Below, one piece after another: positions 1 to 9,843 of a stretch of 64,000 nucleotides of DNA. The stretch covers positions 32,001 to 96,000 of IMG/VR virus record IMGVR_UViG_3300031918_000005; one strand, 5' to 3'. Both the position numbers and the translations under genes were made by a program. The DNA comes from a virus. The notes under the pieces are model-generated. The model saw only the letters and a list, made by a program, of their open reading frames with translations, ran no database searches and was not told the origin of the DNA. Position 1 is the stretch's first letter. Every line of letters starts with the position of its first letter.

Positions 1-117
1 AAAATGAAGAAAGTATCAATATTGAACTTGTTGAAAATGGTGCAAGTAGAGAAATGGATTTTGATGTAGAGAAAGAATTTGATAAGCGATATGTAAACTA
101 TGTGATAAATTTTTGAT

Positions 118-465
118 ATGAATGAAGGTATAACTCGTTTAGTTTTCAAAGTTGGTAATCATGTTATCAAAATACCAAATTTTAAACACAGTCATTTACA
201 TTTTCTCAATGGTTGCTACGCCAATTGGTCGGAACGCAATTATTGTAAAATGTTTAAGGATATACCTGAATTTTTACATAAAGTCGCCCCATCTTTGTGG
301 TGTTCATGGTTTGGACTTGTACAAATTCAGGCATATTGTAAACCTCTTGATAGAGAAATAACTAGAGAGGAACTTGTATATTTTAAAGATGTTAGAAAGG
401 GAGAAAGGAAATCAACAAACTTTGGATATTATAATGGTAAAGTTGTTTGTTTTGATTATCCTTGA
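118..465 (+). CDS. small kinase-like hypothetical protein
   Basis: G-x-x-R-x-V...VIKIP N-terminus and N-F-G...V-x-x-D-Y C-terminus resemble minimal kinase-fold phage proteins. Confidence 0.35.
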   Translation: MNEGITRLVFKVGNHVIKIPNFKHSHLHFLNGCYANWSERNYCKMFKDIPEFLHKVAPSLWCSWFGLVQIQAYCKPLDREITREELVYFKDVRKGERKSTNFGYYNGKVVCFDYP

Positions 466-517
466 TATATTACACTACAACATACGATGTATTTTCCTTT
501 AATTCAAGGTATTAAAA
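466..517 (+). repeat. dispersed ~60-bp degenerate repeat, copy 1
   Basis: ACATACGATGTATTTTCCTTTAATTCA...GGTATTAAAAC; aligns with copies at 11521, 16282, 37171, 48716 and 57296. Confidence 0.65.
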
Positions 518-547
518 CGATTTCTAAATCATTAAAATCAAAAGAAT

Positions 548-787
548 ATGAATAAGAACAATCAAAAAGTCAAAACATTTGAATCAATAAATACTGAAAT
601 CAATTTATGTGACAGTTGTGAATCATCTTACCCAAAATGTGAAGGCATTATAAAATTTGGTAAAAGTACTGGTGGTGATAATATATGTGGATGTACAGAA
701 TATTCATCGTTACTTCCAAATGATGAAGTAGAAGTTATAGAATTGCTTTTAGATAATGAAGAATTTGAATCACAGTATCAAGTTTAA
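548..787 (+). CDS. small Cys-rich hypothetical protein
   Basis: ORF with CDSC...C...CGC motif and A-rich leader. Confidence 0.6.
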   Translation: MNKNNQKVKTFESINTEINLCDSCESSYPKCEGIIKFGKSTGGDNICGCTEYSSLLPNDEVEVIELLLDNEEFESQYQV

Positions 788-851
788 CAATAGCTTCAAT
801 TTAATATTGTGATTCAAATTCTTACAAATATTAACTTAAAACAAACAATTT

Positions 852-1535
852 ATGTCAAAAATTAGAAGAAAAGAAGTACTAGATTCACTACAATGGCTTG
901 GAGAAAAAAATTTTAATGAATTATTTGCTTTTACAGATGCAGATAATAATTATGGTATTGTTGGTATGCTTAACGGCAGAGGTGATGTTGCTCAAATCAG
1001 AACATCTGAAGGTATACTTGATGTTACTCCTTCAGATTGGATTATTAAAAATGAAGAAGGTAAATTTTCAACTTGTACCGACTTCGTTTTTAAATCAATT
1101 TATGAAAATGTTGGCTTATCAAAATTACTTATAGAACCTCAAGATAGAATGTCTATATTACAGGTAATATCAGCAAACACACAAATGTGTGGTAAACAAA
1201 TGCAAAAAGTTATGGATGATATCCAATCCGATAACAAAGAAACAGACTTACAATTTGCTCAATCACAACTCACAGATCATCAATCAATTTATTCACTTGT
1301 TCAGGCTGTGATTACACTTTCCAATACAACGAGTACGGAAACGATGAATAAAACACTTGATAATCATATAGACAGATTGGAAGAAGAAGTTGAGAAAACT
1401 CAAGATTTAGAATTTCTTAAAAAATTACAATACAACATTGAAGCTTGGAAGAAAACAAAAGCTTTGATTTCTGTGTTGAAATTGGAAATACCTGAAGATT
1501 TTATGGAAGTGTGGAAATCTATTCAGAAAGCTTAA
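852..1535 (+). CDS. hypothetical phage protein
   Basis: 227-aa ORF; IRTSEG...DWIIK...G.F segment is common in phage proteins; coiled-coil C-terminus. Confidence 0.7.
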   Translation: MSKIRRKEVLDSLQWLGEKNFNELFAFTDADNNYGIVGMLNGRGDVAQIRTSEGILDVTPSDWIIKNEEGKFSTCTDFVFKSIYENVGLSKLLIEPQDRMSILQVISANTQMCGKQMQKVMDDIQSDNKETDLQFAQSQLTDHQSIYSLVQAVITLSNTTSTETMNKTLDNHIDRLEEEVEKTQDLEFLKKLQYNIEAWKKTKALISVLKLEIPEDFMEVWKSIQKA

Positions 1536-2190
1536 CGGTATCAAACCCGATTAAAATAACACCTTTTATAACTCCATCCGCTAAATACTTCTTAAGTGAA
1601 GATTTGGCGGATTTTTCATTTTTATAATGATGTTTTATAGATGCAATTATTTCTGAAAGTTCGGCTTGATTATTTGGCGATTCTTTAAGGAAGGCTATTA
1701 TTTGTTCACATGTATACTTGAACTCTGTGTAACACCCACCGTTTGCTTCTCCACCTTGTGAGAATGTTTTTTGACCTTCAAAAAGCTTGAGTGTTTTCTT
1801 GGGTTTCTTCTCTATTACTTCATGGAAATATAATTCAACCTGAAAATCGGTATATTTATTATTAATGGTGAGTATACCTATATTCAAAGCACGACATATT
1901 GATATTATGAAGTCTTTTTTAATTCTCATTACACATTTTTTCGGAACTGCTATAAATGTATAATGAGAAAAATCTGTGTTTGTGTGAGCTTGATAAAATA
2001 CCTTGAGATTTAGATTGAGTTTAAGCTCACAAGATATTATAAGACCTTCAGTATTTCTTACAACGAGGTCGATTTTTCTTGAGCCTTGAGATTTCACTTC
2101 GTAAAACACCTCGCAGTTTGGGAATAATCGACCAAAATAATCAGTTATAGGTTTGGATAAATCAGTTTCCTTAAGTTTTGTTAGTCCCAT
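1519..2190 (-). CDS. PD-(D/E)XK-like nuclease family protein (DUF2161-like)
   Basis: EV...KIDLV...CELKLNLNLKVFYQA pattern. Confidence 0.55.
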   Translation of the reverse strand: MGLTKLKETDLSKPITDYFGRLFPNCEVFYEVKSQGSRKIDLVVRNTEGLIISCELKLNLNLKVFYQAHTNTDFSHYTFIAVPKKCVMRIKKDFIISICRALNIGILTINNKYTDFQVELYFHEVIEKKPKKTLKLFEGQKTFSQGGEANGGCYTEFKYTCEQIIAFLKESPNNQAELSEIIASIKHHYKNEKSAKSSLKKYLADGVIKGVILIGFDTVKLSE

Positions 2191-2411
2191 TTAAAGTGGT
2201 TTATTTTAAAATAATTATACCCACCTATCACACCGTTTAACACTGATATTATTATACCAACTATGATTATTGATATGTAACTAAGTGGATTATAAGGATT
2301 CATCCTCATAGCATTGTCATAGCCTCTACCAAGTCTTGGTCTTTTATTTTCATTTGAAACGGTTTGGGTTATTTTTAAAAATATGATGATGCTTTGGAAT
2401 ATCTTTTTCAT
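2181..2411 (-). CDS. small membrane protein
   Basis: one hydrophobic segment; part of a tightly packed minus-strand run. Confidence 0.55.
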   Translation of the reverse strand: MKKIFQSIIIFLKITQTVSNENKRPRLGRGYDNAMRMNPYNPLSYISIIIVGIIISVLNGVIGGYNYFKINHFKWD

Positions 2412-2728
2412 TATTCAAGTAATTGTTGTAATCTTGTTATTATCTTGTTATTATTATAATCTTCAACATATGTTTGTATCGATTCCCATACAATTTGGTC
2501 TTGTAATGTTTTACCATAAATATATATATCATCACCGACAGAATTTACGTATAAATTGATACGTAAATTATTCAATTCCAAAAAACGAAGTACCATTTCC
2601 GACACCTCATTTTCCAAAGATTTGGTTAATGGTGTTCTTTCGAGACATTTTATGTTGTTATAAAAATTCACGAAATTATTTCTAATTTCGTGAATCTCAT
2701 TTCCCATTTCTTCAATCAACATCATCAT
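2411..2728 (-). CDS. hypothetical protein
   Basis: ORF overlapping its neighbours in a minus-strand run. Confidence 0.55.
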   Translation of the reverse strand: MMMLIEEMGNEIHEIRNNFVNFYNNIKCLERTPLTKSLENEVSEMVLRFLELNNLRINLYVNSVGDDIYIYGKTLQDQIVWESIQTYVEDYNNNKIITRLQQLLE

Positions 2729-2924
2729 TTTTTGGTATAAAATTTATTTTAAAGCTTATGATTTGACCATCAATTTGTTTTTCCCATTCAACAGTATTAA
2801 CTCGTGATAATTCAACACCAAAGTGTTCAGGAATCAAATTTATTGGTAGAGGGCAATATTCATTGTTGAAAATGATATGTTTCATTGTTTTTACTGATTT
2901 AACAGTTGCGTGCTTTTTAGCCAT
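2712..2924 (-). CDS. hypothetical protein
   Basis: ORF in a minus-strand run. Confidence 0.55.
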   Translation of the reverse strand: MAKKHATVKSVKTMKHIIFNNEYCPLPINLIPEHFGVELSRVNTVEWEKQIDGQIISFKINFIPKNDDVD

Positions 2925-2927
2925 AAT

Positions 2928-3251
2928 TTATTTTTTATGTGTTAATATTCTTTTTCTACCAATAATTACAAGATAAGATTTTCCTGAAAGTTCCACCAAT
3001 TTCATTCCGAAATTTGGTAGATCGTATGTAATAACGCCATTTTCTTCCCAAAAATTACGAATAATATATCCACATTTTTTGTTGTGTGAATATATTATAA
3101 CAACACTGTCATTGATAATTTTTATTGCGCTGATATATTTAACATCAGCGCAAATTTCCATTTTATCATCAATAATTTTATCAACTACAAATGTTTGTGA
3201 ATTACAAACTAATGATATCGATAGCAACAAAAATAATGATAATTTCTTCAT
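2928..3251 (-). CDS. exported hypothetical protein
   Basis: signal peptide MKKLSLFLLLSISLVCNS-Q. Confidence 0.6.
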   Translation of the reverse strand: MKKLSLFLLLSISLVCNSQTFVVDKIIDDKMEICADVKYISAIKIINDSVVIIYSHNKKCGYIIRNFWEENGVITYDLPNFGMKLVELSGKSYLVIIGRKRILTHKK

Positions 3252-3254
3252 AAT

Positions 3255-3518
3255 TTATTGTTTAGCAAGGAATAAACTAATAATTTCTGAATTTTGTTTA
3301 TCTTTCAAATCATGTTTGCCAATGAAGTTTAAGAGATTGTTCATTTGTTCAGATTGTTCATGTTTGGTTTTGTAGCAATGTGTTTTGACTTCGTTTTCCA
3401 TACATCTATTAAACAACATTTGCATATTCATAGCAAATCCTTCGGACATACCATAATTGGTAGTAATTTCTTTAGCAACATCTTTAAACGAAATAGGTTC
3501 TGTAATTTTTTTAGCCAT
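3255..3518 (-). CDS. hypothetical protein
   Basis: ORF in a minus-strand run. Confidence 0.55.
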   Translation of the reverse strand: MAKKITEPISFKDVAKEITTNYGMSEGFAMNMQMLFNRCMENEVKTHCYKTKHEQSEQMNNLLNFIGKHDLKDKQNSEIISLFLAKQ

Positions 3519-3521
3519 TTT

Positions 3522-4511
3522 TTAGTTATTAAGGAGTTTGATAATTGAAAATATTAAAGCCTTCAGACATATACCACCGTCCACTGACATTTTTTGCCTG
3601 AATGAATAATCGGCAGTTAATATAATGATTTCGGGTATATATTTGAGATATTTATCTCTGTCTTTTTCCATGAGATACCCAACGAATTTTTCATCCATTG
3701 ATGTGATGATTTCATCGGCAATAACTGAATATTGTTGTGTAATAATTTTGTGGATTTCTTCAGGCGAGGTTGTTTTTCCCTCAAGTATCAAGTTAAACAC
3801 ATCAACAAATCTCATATCAAAAGATTGTAAAGATTGAGCTGACAAGGACTTAATTCCTGATTTACTAAGCGACTGCAAATAAATCAAAGTTTGTCTAAAG
3901 TCAGGAAAGAATTTGTTGTGAATTCGTTCCAAGTCTTCAGGAACGAATTCTATACCCACTTTGTTAACGATTGCTTTAAATCTAGATATATATCCAGCTT
4001 TACAAATCATTTCTTCTTCAGCATTTAAATGATTGAAGTTGATTTTTTCACAACGGCTTTTTATTGGTTCAGGAACTTTATGGAAGTGATTGGTTGTGAA
4101 AATGAAAGTCACCTTATCTTGGTAAATATCCATAAATCCTTTCAAACCTTCCCAAAATGTATCGGATACAACTTGCCCGACCTCATCAAGTATAATAACC
4201 TTTTTGTTGAAGATTATTTCATCTTCTGTAACAATTTGATTAACATTTACAAATTCATCAATAACCTCTCTAAGGTAGTCAATACGAGCGGATATTGCAG
4301 CATTGACATATAAATGTCGATAATTTTTAGCCAACATTTTAGCAAGGGATGATTTGCCACAACCTTGAGTTCCATAAAAAAGGTAATTACCTGATAATTC
4401 AACAAGCTCATCACCTTGAGTGATGAATGCATCTTTTATCCTCTGTGGTAGAACAAAATTTTGAATCTTATTAGGCTCAAATCTGTCGATAAATAGTTGA
4501 TTTTCTGACAT
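3522..4511 (-). CDS. clamp loader large subunit (T4 gp44 / RFC-like AAA+)
   Basis: Walker A GTQGCGKS, Walker B IILDE, SRC motif. Confidence 0.9.
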   Translation of the reverse strand: MSENQLFIDRFEPNKIQNFVLPQRIKDAFITQGDELVELSGNYLFYGTQGCGKSSLAKMLAKNYRHLYVNAAISARIDYLREVIDEFVNVNQIVTEDEIIFNKKVIILDEVGQVVSDTFWEGLKGFMDIYQDKVTFIFTTNHFHKVPEPIKSRCEKINFNHLNAEEEMICKAGYISRFKAIVNKVGIEFVPEDLERIHNKFFPDFRQTLIYLQSLSKSGIKSLSAQSLQSFDMRFVDVFNLILEGKTTSPEEIHKIITQQYSVIADEIITSMDEKFVGYLMEKDRDKYLKYIPEIIILTADYSFRQKMSVDGGICLKALIFSIIKLLNN

Positions 4512-4630
4512 ATATTATTTTTTAATGTAAAATTTTATCCAAATATTGGTTTTGCAGATAGAATTTGTATTTGACTTTTATCAATATTTCTAAGTTTTTT
4601 AATAATCGTGTTTTATTTTATATATAATGA

Positions 4631-5092
4631 TTATGAGAATAATCTCATTTTCGTTTTATATAAAATAAAAATATAAATCAAAGCAAACAAAACCAATATC
4701 AAATTGCTTCCTATTGGAGTATCTTGACCTTTCTTGAAAGCTTTTAAATTGAAATCATACTCCATTTCTGAATTTGTAACATAACCATTTGAATTATCAT
4801 CAGAATAACCCCAAACCAAATAATTATTTATATCACTATTGAATAATGTGTAGGTATTACCGTTGGACACAACTAAATCGCCAGCATAGAAATTATTGTA
4901 ATTATAAACCTCATCATTTATGTTTATAAATCCAAGTATTTTATCACCATTGATATTGTAAGTATCATAAGATAAACTGTTTATATTATAAGTGGAACCA
5001 AGCATTATATTGTTCGATTCTTGAGAATATGATTCTTGAGAATAATTATCATATTGTGGTTGGTATGTGCTTATTGATGCCATTGTGACCAT
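4631..5092 (-). CDS. low-complexity protein with C-terminal PIG-TM-basic tail
   Basis: ends DTPIGSNLILVLFALIYIFILYKTKMR. Confidence 0.55.
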   Translation of the reverse strand: MVTMASISTYQPQYDNYSQESYSQESNNIMLGSTYNINSLSYDTYNINGDKILGFININDEVYNYNNFYAGDLVVSNGNTYTLFNSDINNYLVWGYSDDNSNGYVTNSEMEYDFNLKAFKKGQDTPIGSNLILVLFALIYIFILYKTKMRLFS

Positions 5093-5113
5093 ATTTAAAA
5101 ATGTAATAATTTA

Positions 5114-5458
5114 TTAAAATAAACTTAGTTCACCGCTTTTGGAAATTATAAACTCTTTGAGATAATCGCCGTGACATGTTTTTGGTTTACAATAACACGC
5201 AAGATTGATTTCTTGACCTGATTTATACAATTTTATAAGTTTATCAACTCGTTCTCTCAATAATATATCAGTTTGATATCTTTTGTTGAAATATACTTTA
5301 TATTTTTCAATTGCCTCATGTCTTGTAGCACAAGCAAATTCCACACGCACACCATTTTTATGTGAATACGGATTACCAAATACTTTACCTCTACCAATAT
5401 AAACTAAATTCACCAAATCTTTTGGCATTGTATGTATATTAACAACATTTATAGACAT
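5114..5458 (-). CDS. DUF4326 family protein
   Basis: VYIGRG..FGNPY...LACYCKPKTCHGD. Confidence 0.8.
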   Translation of the reverse strand: MSINVVNIHTMPKDLVNLVYIGRGKVFGNPYSHKNGVRVEFACATRHEAIEKYKVYFNKRYQTDILLRERVDKLIKLYKSGQEINLACYCKPKTCHGDYLKEFIISKSGELSLF

Positions 5459-5460
5459 GC

Positions 5461-6348
5461 TTACTTACCTCTAACTTTTGGATACTCATACACTTTATTT
5501 TTTGATTCAAATATTTTTCTAAGGTTTTTTGTTTCACATTTTGTATGCCCTAAAACATAAGCATATTTGTGTTTACTCCCAACTTTTCTTTTTTCACATG
5601 ATAATTGATATTGCTTTGCCAATGTTCGCACCGTCAATTCAACCCCATCAGGCATTAAATGAAAATTCATTTTATCACCTTTTGACCATAAATCATTCCA
5701 TAATATACCATTAGATTTAGCAATTCTTTTATATACACTTCTACTTCTGAAGTATCTATCAGAAACCCATCTACCATTTTCAAGTTTGAATTGACAAGAT
5801 GTACCTGAATTTTTACCAACATAATAGAAATTACACGCCTGATATATAGTACCAAGTTCTTTTGCTTCTGTATCTGAATAAGCTGTGAATAATCTGAATC
5901 TAGTATTATTAACCATCCAATTTATAGAAAATGATATTAATTTACTAGCCAAATTTTTTGGTGACCATGATATACAAGCACCTCTGCTTATGAGCCTTTC
6001 CAATTTTTTAGTATCTTCACCAAGCATTTTACTAAAAGCATTAGGCATGTCCATTATAACAACACCAGCAAGTATACCATTATATCTAGCAGTGAAAAAA
6101 TGTGTTGGTCGGAAAGACATTCTACCAAGCCATTCATGCTTTTCAATAAACGCTTTTATTTCTTTTATTGAAATCTTTTTCTCCTCAAATTGAAATGTAA
6201 AATCCGATATTTTTAAATCCGATACTTGATATTTTGTTAATCCAGCTTCTTTTAAATCATTTTCATGATTATTAGTCCTTATAACATATTGCCAACAGTT
6301 ATCTTCATTATAAGATAACGAAGATAACCTTTCATTTATATCACTCAT
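5461..6348 (-). CDS. Mom-like adenine modification enzyme (GNAT fold)
   Basis: FIEKHEWLG, ISRGAC, NLASKLIS, TAYSD, GTIYQACNFYYVG motifs. Confidence 0.7.
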   Translation of the reverse strand: MSDINERLSSLSYNEDNCWQYVIRTNNHENDLKEAGLTKYQVSDLKISDFTFQFEEKKISIKEIKAFIEKHEWLGRMSFRPTHFFTARYNGILAGVVIMDMPNAFSKMLGEDTKKLERLISRGACISWSPKNLASKLISFSINWMVNNTRFRLFTAYSDTEAKELGTIYQACNFYYVGKNSGTSCQFKLENGRWVSDRYFRSRSVYKRIAKSNGILWNDLWSKGDKMNFHLMPDGVELTVRTLAKQYQLSCEKRKVGSKHKYAYVLGHTKCETKNLRKIFESKNKVYEYPKVRGK

Positions 6349-6919
6349 TATTTTTATGCTTATAATAACTTACTGGATTACAGTTTGTACAGATTTCAGA
6401 TCTTTTCTTTCTTTTATTGTATAAATTTGTTGTGAATTGTTCGTCACATTTAGGACAATAATATTTATGCCTACCATTACCACAGTATTCTATATACTTA
6501 TATCCTCTTTCAACATATCCATCATCTACAAGCATTTGTTTCCTCAATACCTCGATTTTGTTTTTATATTCTGATGAAGATGTGTAATTTTTGGTAAGGT
6601 ACTTTGAATATGTTGAGATTTGTTGAGATATCTGTACCATTTCATTTTTCATTGGATTATCAACCTTAAACTTTTTGAGTGAAATAGATTTGAAATCAGT
6701 TTTATATTGATCTGATTTGAAATAAATATATTGACATTCTTTTGAGCAATATATCTGATACTTTCCATTTTTCCATTTTAGTACATTACCACATATCGGA
6801 CATTTTGATATACTGTAATTGTTCGTTGATTTATGATATGCTATTTGTTTATGCGTAAGCGTTCCATAACATAAAAATAAATCATTAAGTTTTACATCAA
6901 TATCACTTACTTCCGCCAT
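6341..6919 (-). CDS. Zn-ribbon protein related to homing-endonuclease N-termini (no nuclease domain seen)
   Basis: CPICG, YCSKEC, CPKC, CTNCNP motifs shared with 18457..20043; start at MAEVS assumed. Confidence 0.6.
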   Translation of the reverse strand: MAEVSDIDVKLNDLFLCYGTLTHKQIAYHKSTNNYSISKCPICGNVLKWKNGKYQIYCSKECQYIYFKSDQYKTDFKSISLKKFKVDNPMKNEMVQISQQISTYSKYLTKNYTSSSEYKNKIEVLRKQMLVDDGYVERGYKYIEYCGNGRHKYYCPKCDEQFTTNLYNKRKKRSEICTNCNPVSYYKHKNNE

Positions 6920-7136
6920 AATTTTGCTTGATTTCTTCACAAATGTTATTAACAACTATATTAATTGTATCAAGGTCTATACAATTAGAATGCTCTTTTA
7001 CCAAAATCCCACCATGATATCTATAAAGTGATTTTGCTTCGGCATCTGCAACAAGTGTTATTCCATAACCAAAATCAAATATTATTTTTTCAATTTGATT
7101 ATTCTCTCCATTTTTAACAACTTCTGATTTCCACAT
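6903..7136 (-). CDS. hypothetical protein
   Basis: ORF preceded by TAAATAATTAAA at 7159-7170. Confidence 0.55.
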   Translation of the reverse strand: MWKSEVVKNGENNQIEKIIFDFGYGITLVADAEAKSLYRYHGGILVKEHSNCIDLDTINIVVNNICEEIKQNYGGSK

Positions 7137-7286
7137 AATAAATTTGGTTTAGTTATTATTTAATTATTTATATATTTGATAAATAATTATTTTCATTTTC
7201 AAATTTGATATCTATATGTGGAAACTTCATTTTTCAGGTATATTCAGGTGTTAATAATTTAATTATATATTAAATGGACATAATAA

Positions 7287-7298
7287 TAAATAATTAAA
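7287..7298 (+). promoter_or_regulatory. late promoter motif TAAATAATTAAA
   Basis: same motif precedes sheath, gp25, 34329, tape measure and 63929; resembles T4 late TATAAATA. Confidence 0.7.
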
Positions 7299-7316
7299 TT
7301 AACATTACTTTTAATT

Positions 7317-9803
7317 ATGATTGATATAACTCAAAATATAATGATTTTTGAAAGCTTCAAAACACCAATGAAGCGTATCAATGAAGATGTTGAAAATAAG
7401 AAGAACGAATATATTTTTGAAGGTATTTGCGCAGATTTTTCTGATATAAACCGTAATGGTAGAACCTATGACAAAGAAGAATATTTGTCTTTTGTTAATG
7501 GTTCTCTTGCAGACCAAATAGCTCAAATGTCACTTGCTGGAAGTCTTGATCATCCTGAAGATGATGAAGATGAAGATAAGGATATTTTCACTCCAAAAAT
7601 GAAGGAACTTTCTCACGTTATCTTGGCGTTATGGTATGAAGAGGCAACACAACAAGTAAAAATAAAAATAAAATTACTTGATACTCATTTAGGTAAAGAT
7701 GCTAAGGCCTGTGCTGATGCTGGTATGCCTATTTATATTTCTTCAAGAGCTTCAGGTATTATTGACAAAACTGGTCAAGTTCATTTAGACAATATTCATA
7801 CTTATGATATAGTATATAAACCTGGATTTAAACAAGCAAAACTTGTTAGAGTTCTTGAATCCGCTGAAAACAATTCATCTTATGTAAAAATTTTTGAAAA
7901 TACTAGTACTATGACAACTTATTATATAATGTATGATTACAAAAAAGGTAAATATAGTTTTGGAGAAACAAAAGGAAGTTTACCTGAATGGCAAGAATTT
8001 ACAGGAAAAAGTTTTAATGATCAAAATCAAGCATCACTTTATTGTAAAAATGCTGATACATCAACTCCTGATGATTTTACACCAAATCAAGAATTGATTG
8101 ATAAATTTAAATCTCAAAATATCATGGAAAACGTATCAAAGCAAGAATTTGAATCCGCCATTGGTAAAATCAATGAGTCATTGATTTTAATTTCAAAATC
8201 ATTAGGTAGAAAGCCAAATAAATTCGTAATTAACGAATCAAAATTTACTAAAAGACTTAAAAGACTTCGTATCAACGAAGATGAGCAACTTGACAAACAA
8301 GATGTTGTGTCTTTAATCGTTGATGTAACAGATGCTCCTATAGAAGATGTTGCTAAAGCTATTACCGATGAAACAGTTGAGAAAATCAATGCAGTTCTTT
8401 CTGATGAGGATGTGTTTGATAAAGTTGTTGATATAGTTAAAGAAGATATGGATGAACTTGTCGGTGAAGCTGTTGAAAAAACTGAAACTGAAAAAACTGA
8501 TGAAGAATGGAAACAAGAGGCAATTAAATCCCTTGCTAAAACAAGAGGTATTTCTGAAGAAGATGCTACCACGCAAATAACAGATGAATTGATTGAAGCC
8601 TATAAAGAAAGTCAATCAAAATCTGAAAATGAAAATGAAACAGCTGAATCAATCAACGAATCATTAATTAAAAAATTTAACAGAACATTTCGTAAAATTT
8701 ATGAATCTGAAGAAACTCTTGGGGGGATAGTAAATTGGATGCATGAAGCCGATTTGAGAAGATTTAATCAATCACTTAAAAAAGTATGTGATAACGGTGA
8801 AACACTTTATTTTGGTGTACTTGGTGTTGGTGAACTTGAATTAAAGAAAAACACTGAAAGTAATACAATAGATATATCGAAGGAATCAGGTAGTGAAGGT
8901 GGTGAACCTACTTACACATTGGTTGGTTCTATTCCTTGTGACGATGTTATTGCTGTTGGTGAAAGCTTTAAGTCAAAATATATTAAAGAATCTGAAGAAA
9001 TTGGAAACGCTGAAAATTTTGTTGCTACATCTGATGCTCCAGCAGCTGAAAAGGTTTCTATCATTAAAACTTTTAATGATCTTTACGGTGCTGATAATGA
9101 TATTGTTGAAGGTGATGATGAACAAACAGTTGAGGCTTTCTTACAAGAACAAAATCAACTTACAGTTGAAGCAGTTTCTCAAAGAATTGACTTAACAAGC
9201 AAACAATTGTTTGATAAATCAAACCTTATTTCAAAAAGAGTTAATTCTGTTGTTGAATACATGAATGTTGTAGCTACAACCTTTAATGTTGTTAATGACA
9301 AAGTTGAAGCACAAGGAAAACAAATTGAAGCGTTGATACAACAATTACAGTTAGCTCAAACTAGAATCAATTCTGTTACAGAATACTGTAATATAATGGT
9401 TGCTGCTATGAATCAATCAATTGGTACACAAACCGAACAAACAGATACTATCAATGAAGCTAAAAAAGTTATTGAAAAGAGAAAGTCAATCTTTGAAAAT
9501 CTTGATAATAATATAAATAGAATAATTACAAACTCTGCTAATGGAAACGAAAACAAAACAAATAAGAATGGTGTTTTGATAAATGAAGTTCCATCAAAAT
9601 ATAGTAAGATTTTTGAATCTCTCGATGGGAAAATTCAAAATGAAATCAAAGCTTATGTGGTATTCAAAAACCCAAAATCGAATTTAGAACTTGATGCAAT
9701 TTATGAATCTCTAAATTTGGAAAAAGGTTCTAATTCGGCATTAATCTTTGAAAGCACTAATTTTGAATATAGCGATGATTTCATCGCTAATATGTGTGGT
9801 TAA
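7317..9803 (+). CDS. prohead protease (gp21-like) fused to scaffold/core region
   Basis: NRNGRTY, GSLDHP, ISSRASG, YDIVYKPGF motifs; acidic and coiled-coil C-terminal region; directly upstream of MCP. Confidence 0.9.
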   Translation: MIDITQNIMIFESFKTPMKRINEDVENKKNEYIFEGICADFSDINRNGRTYDKEEYLSFVNGSLADQIAQMSLAGSLDHPEDDEDEDKDIFTPKMKELSHVILALWYEEATQQVKIKIKLLDTHLGKDAKACADAGMPIYISSRASGIIDKTGQVHLDNIHTYDIVYKPGFKQAKLVRVLESAENNSSYVKIFENTSTMTTYYIMYDYKKGKYSFGETKGSLPEWQEFTGKSFNDQNQASLYCKNADTSTPDDFTPNQELIDKFKSQNIMENVSKQEFESAIGKINESLILISKSLGRKPNKFVINESKFTKRLKRLRINEDEQLDKQDVVSLIVDVTDAPIEDVAKAITDETVEKINAVLSDEDVFDKVVDIVKEDMDELVGEAVEKTETEKTDEEWKQEAIKSLAKTRGISEEDATTQITDELIEAYKESQSKSENENETAESINESLIKKFNRTFRKIYESEETLGGIVNWMHEADLRRFNQSLKKVCDNGETLYFGVLGVGELELKKNTESNTIDISKESGSEGGEPTYTLVGSIPCDDVIAVGESFKSKYIKESEEIGNAENFVATSDAPAAEKVSIIKTFNDLYGADNDIVEGDDEQTVEAFLQEQNQLTVEAVSQRIDLTSKQLFDKSNLISKRVNSVVEYMNVVATTFNVVNDKVEAQGKQIEALIQQLQLAQTRINSVTEYCNIMVAAMNQSIGTQTEQTDTINEAKKVIEKRKSIFENLDNNINRIITNSANGNENKTNKNGVLINEVPSKYSKIFESLDGKIQNEIKAYVVFKNPKSNLELDAIYESLNLEKGSNSALIFESTNFEYSDDFIANMCG

Positions 9804-9843
9804 TCAATAAACAAAATTTTTAAACTGTTTAAAACCTACAATT

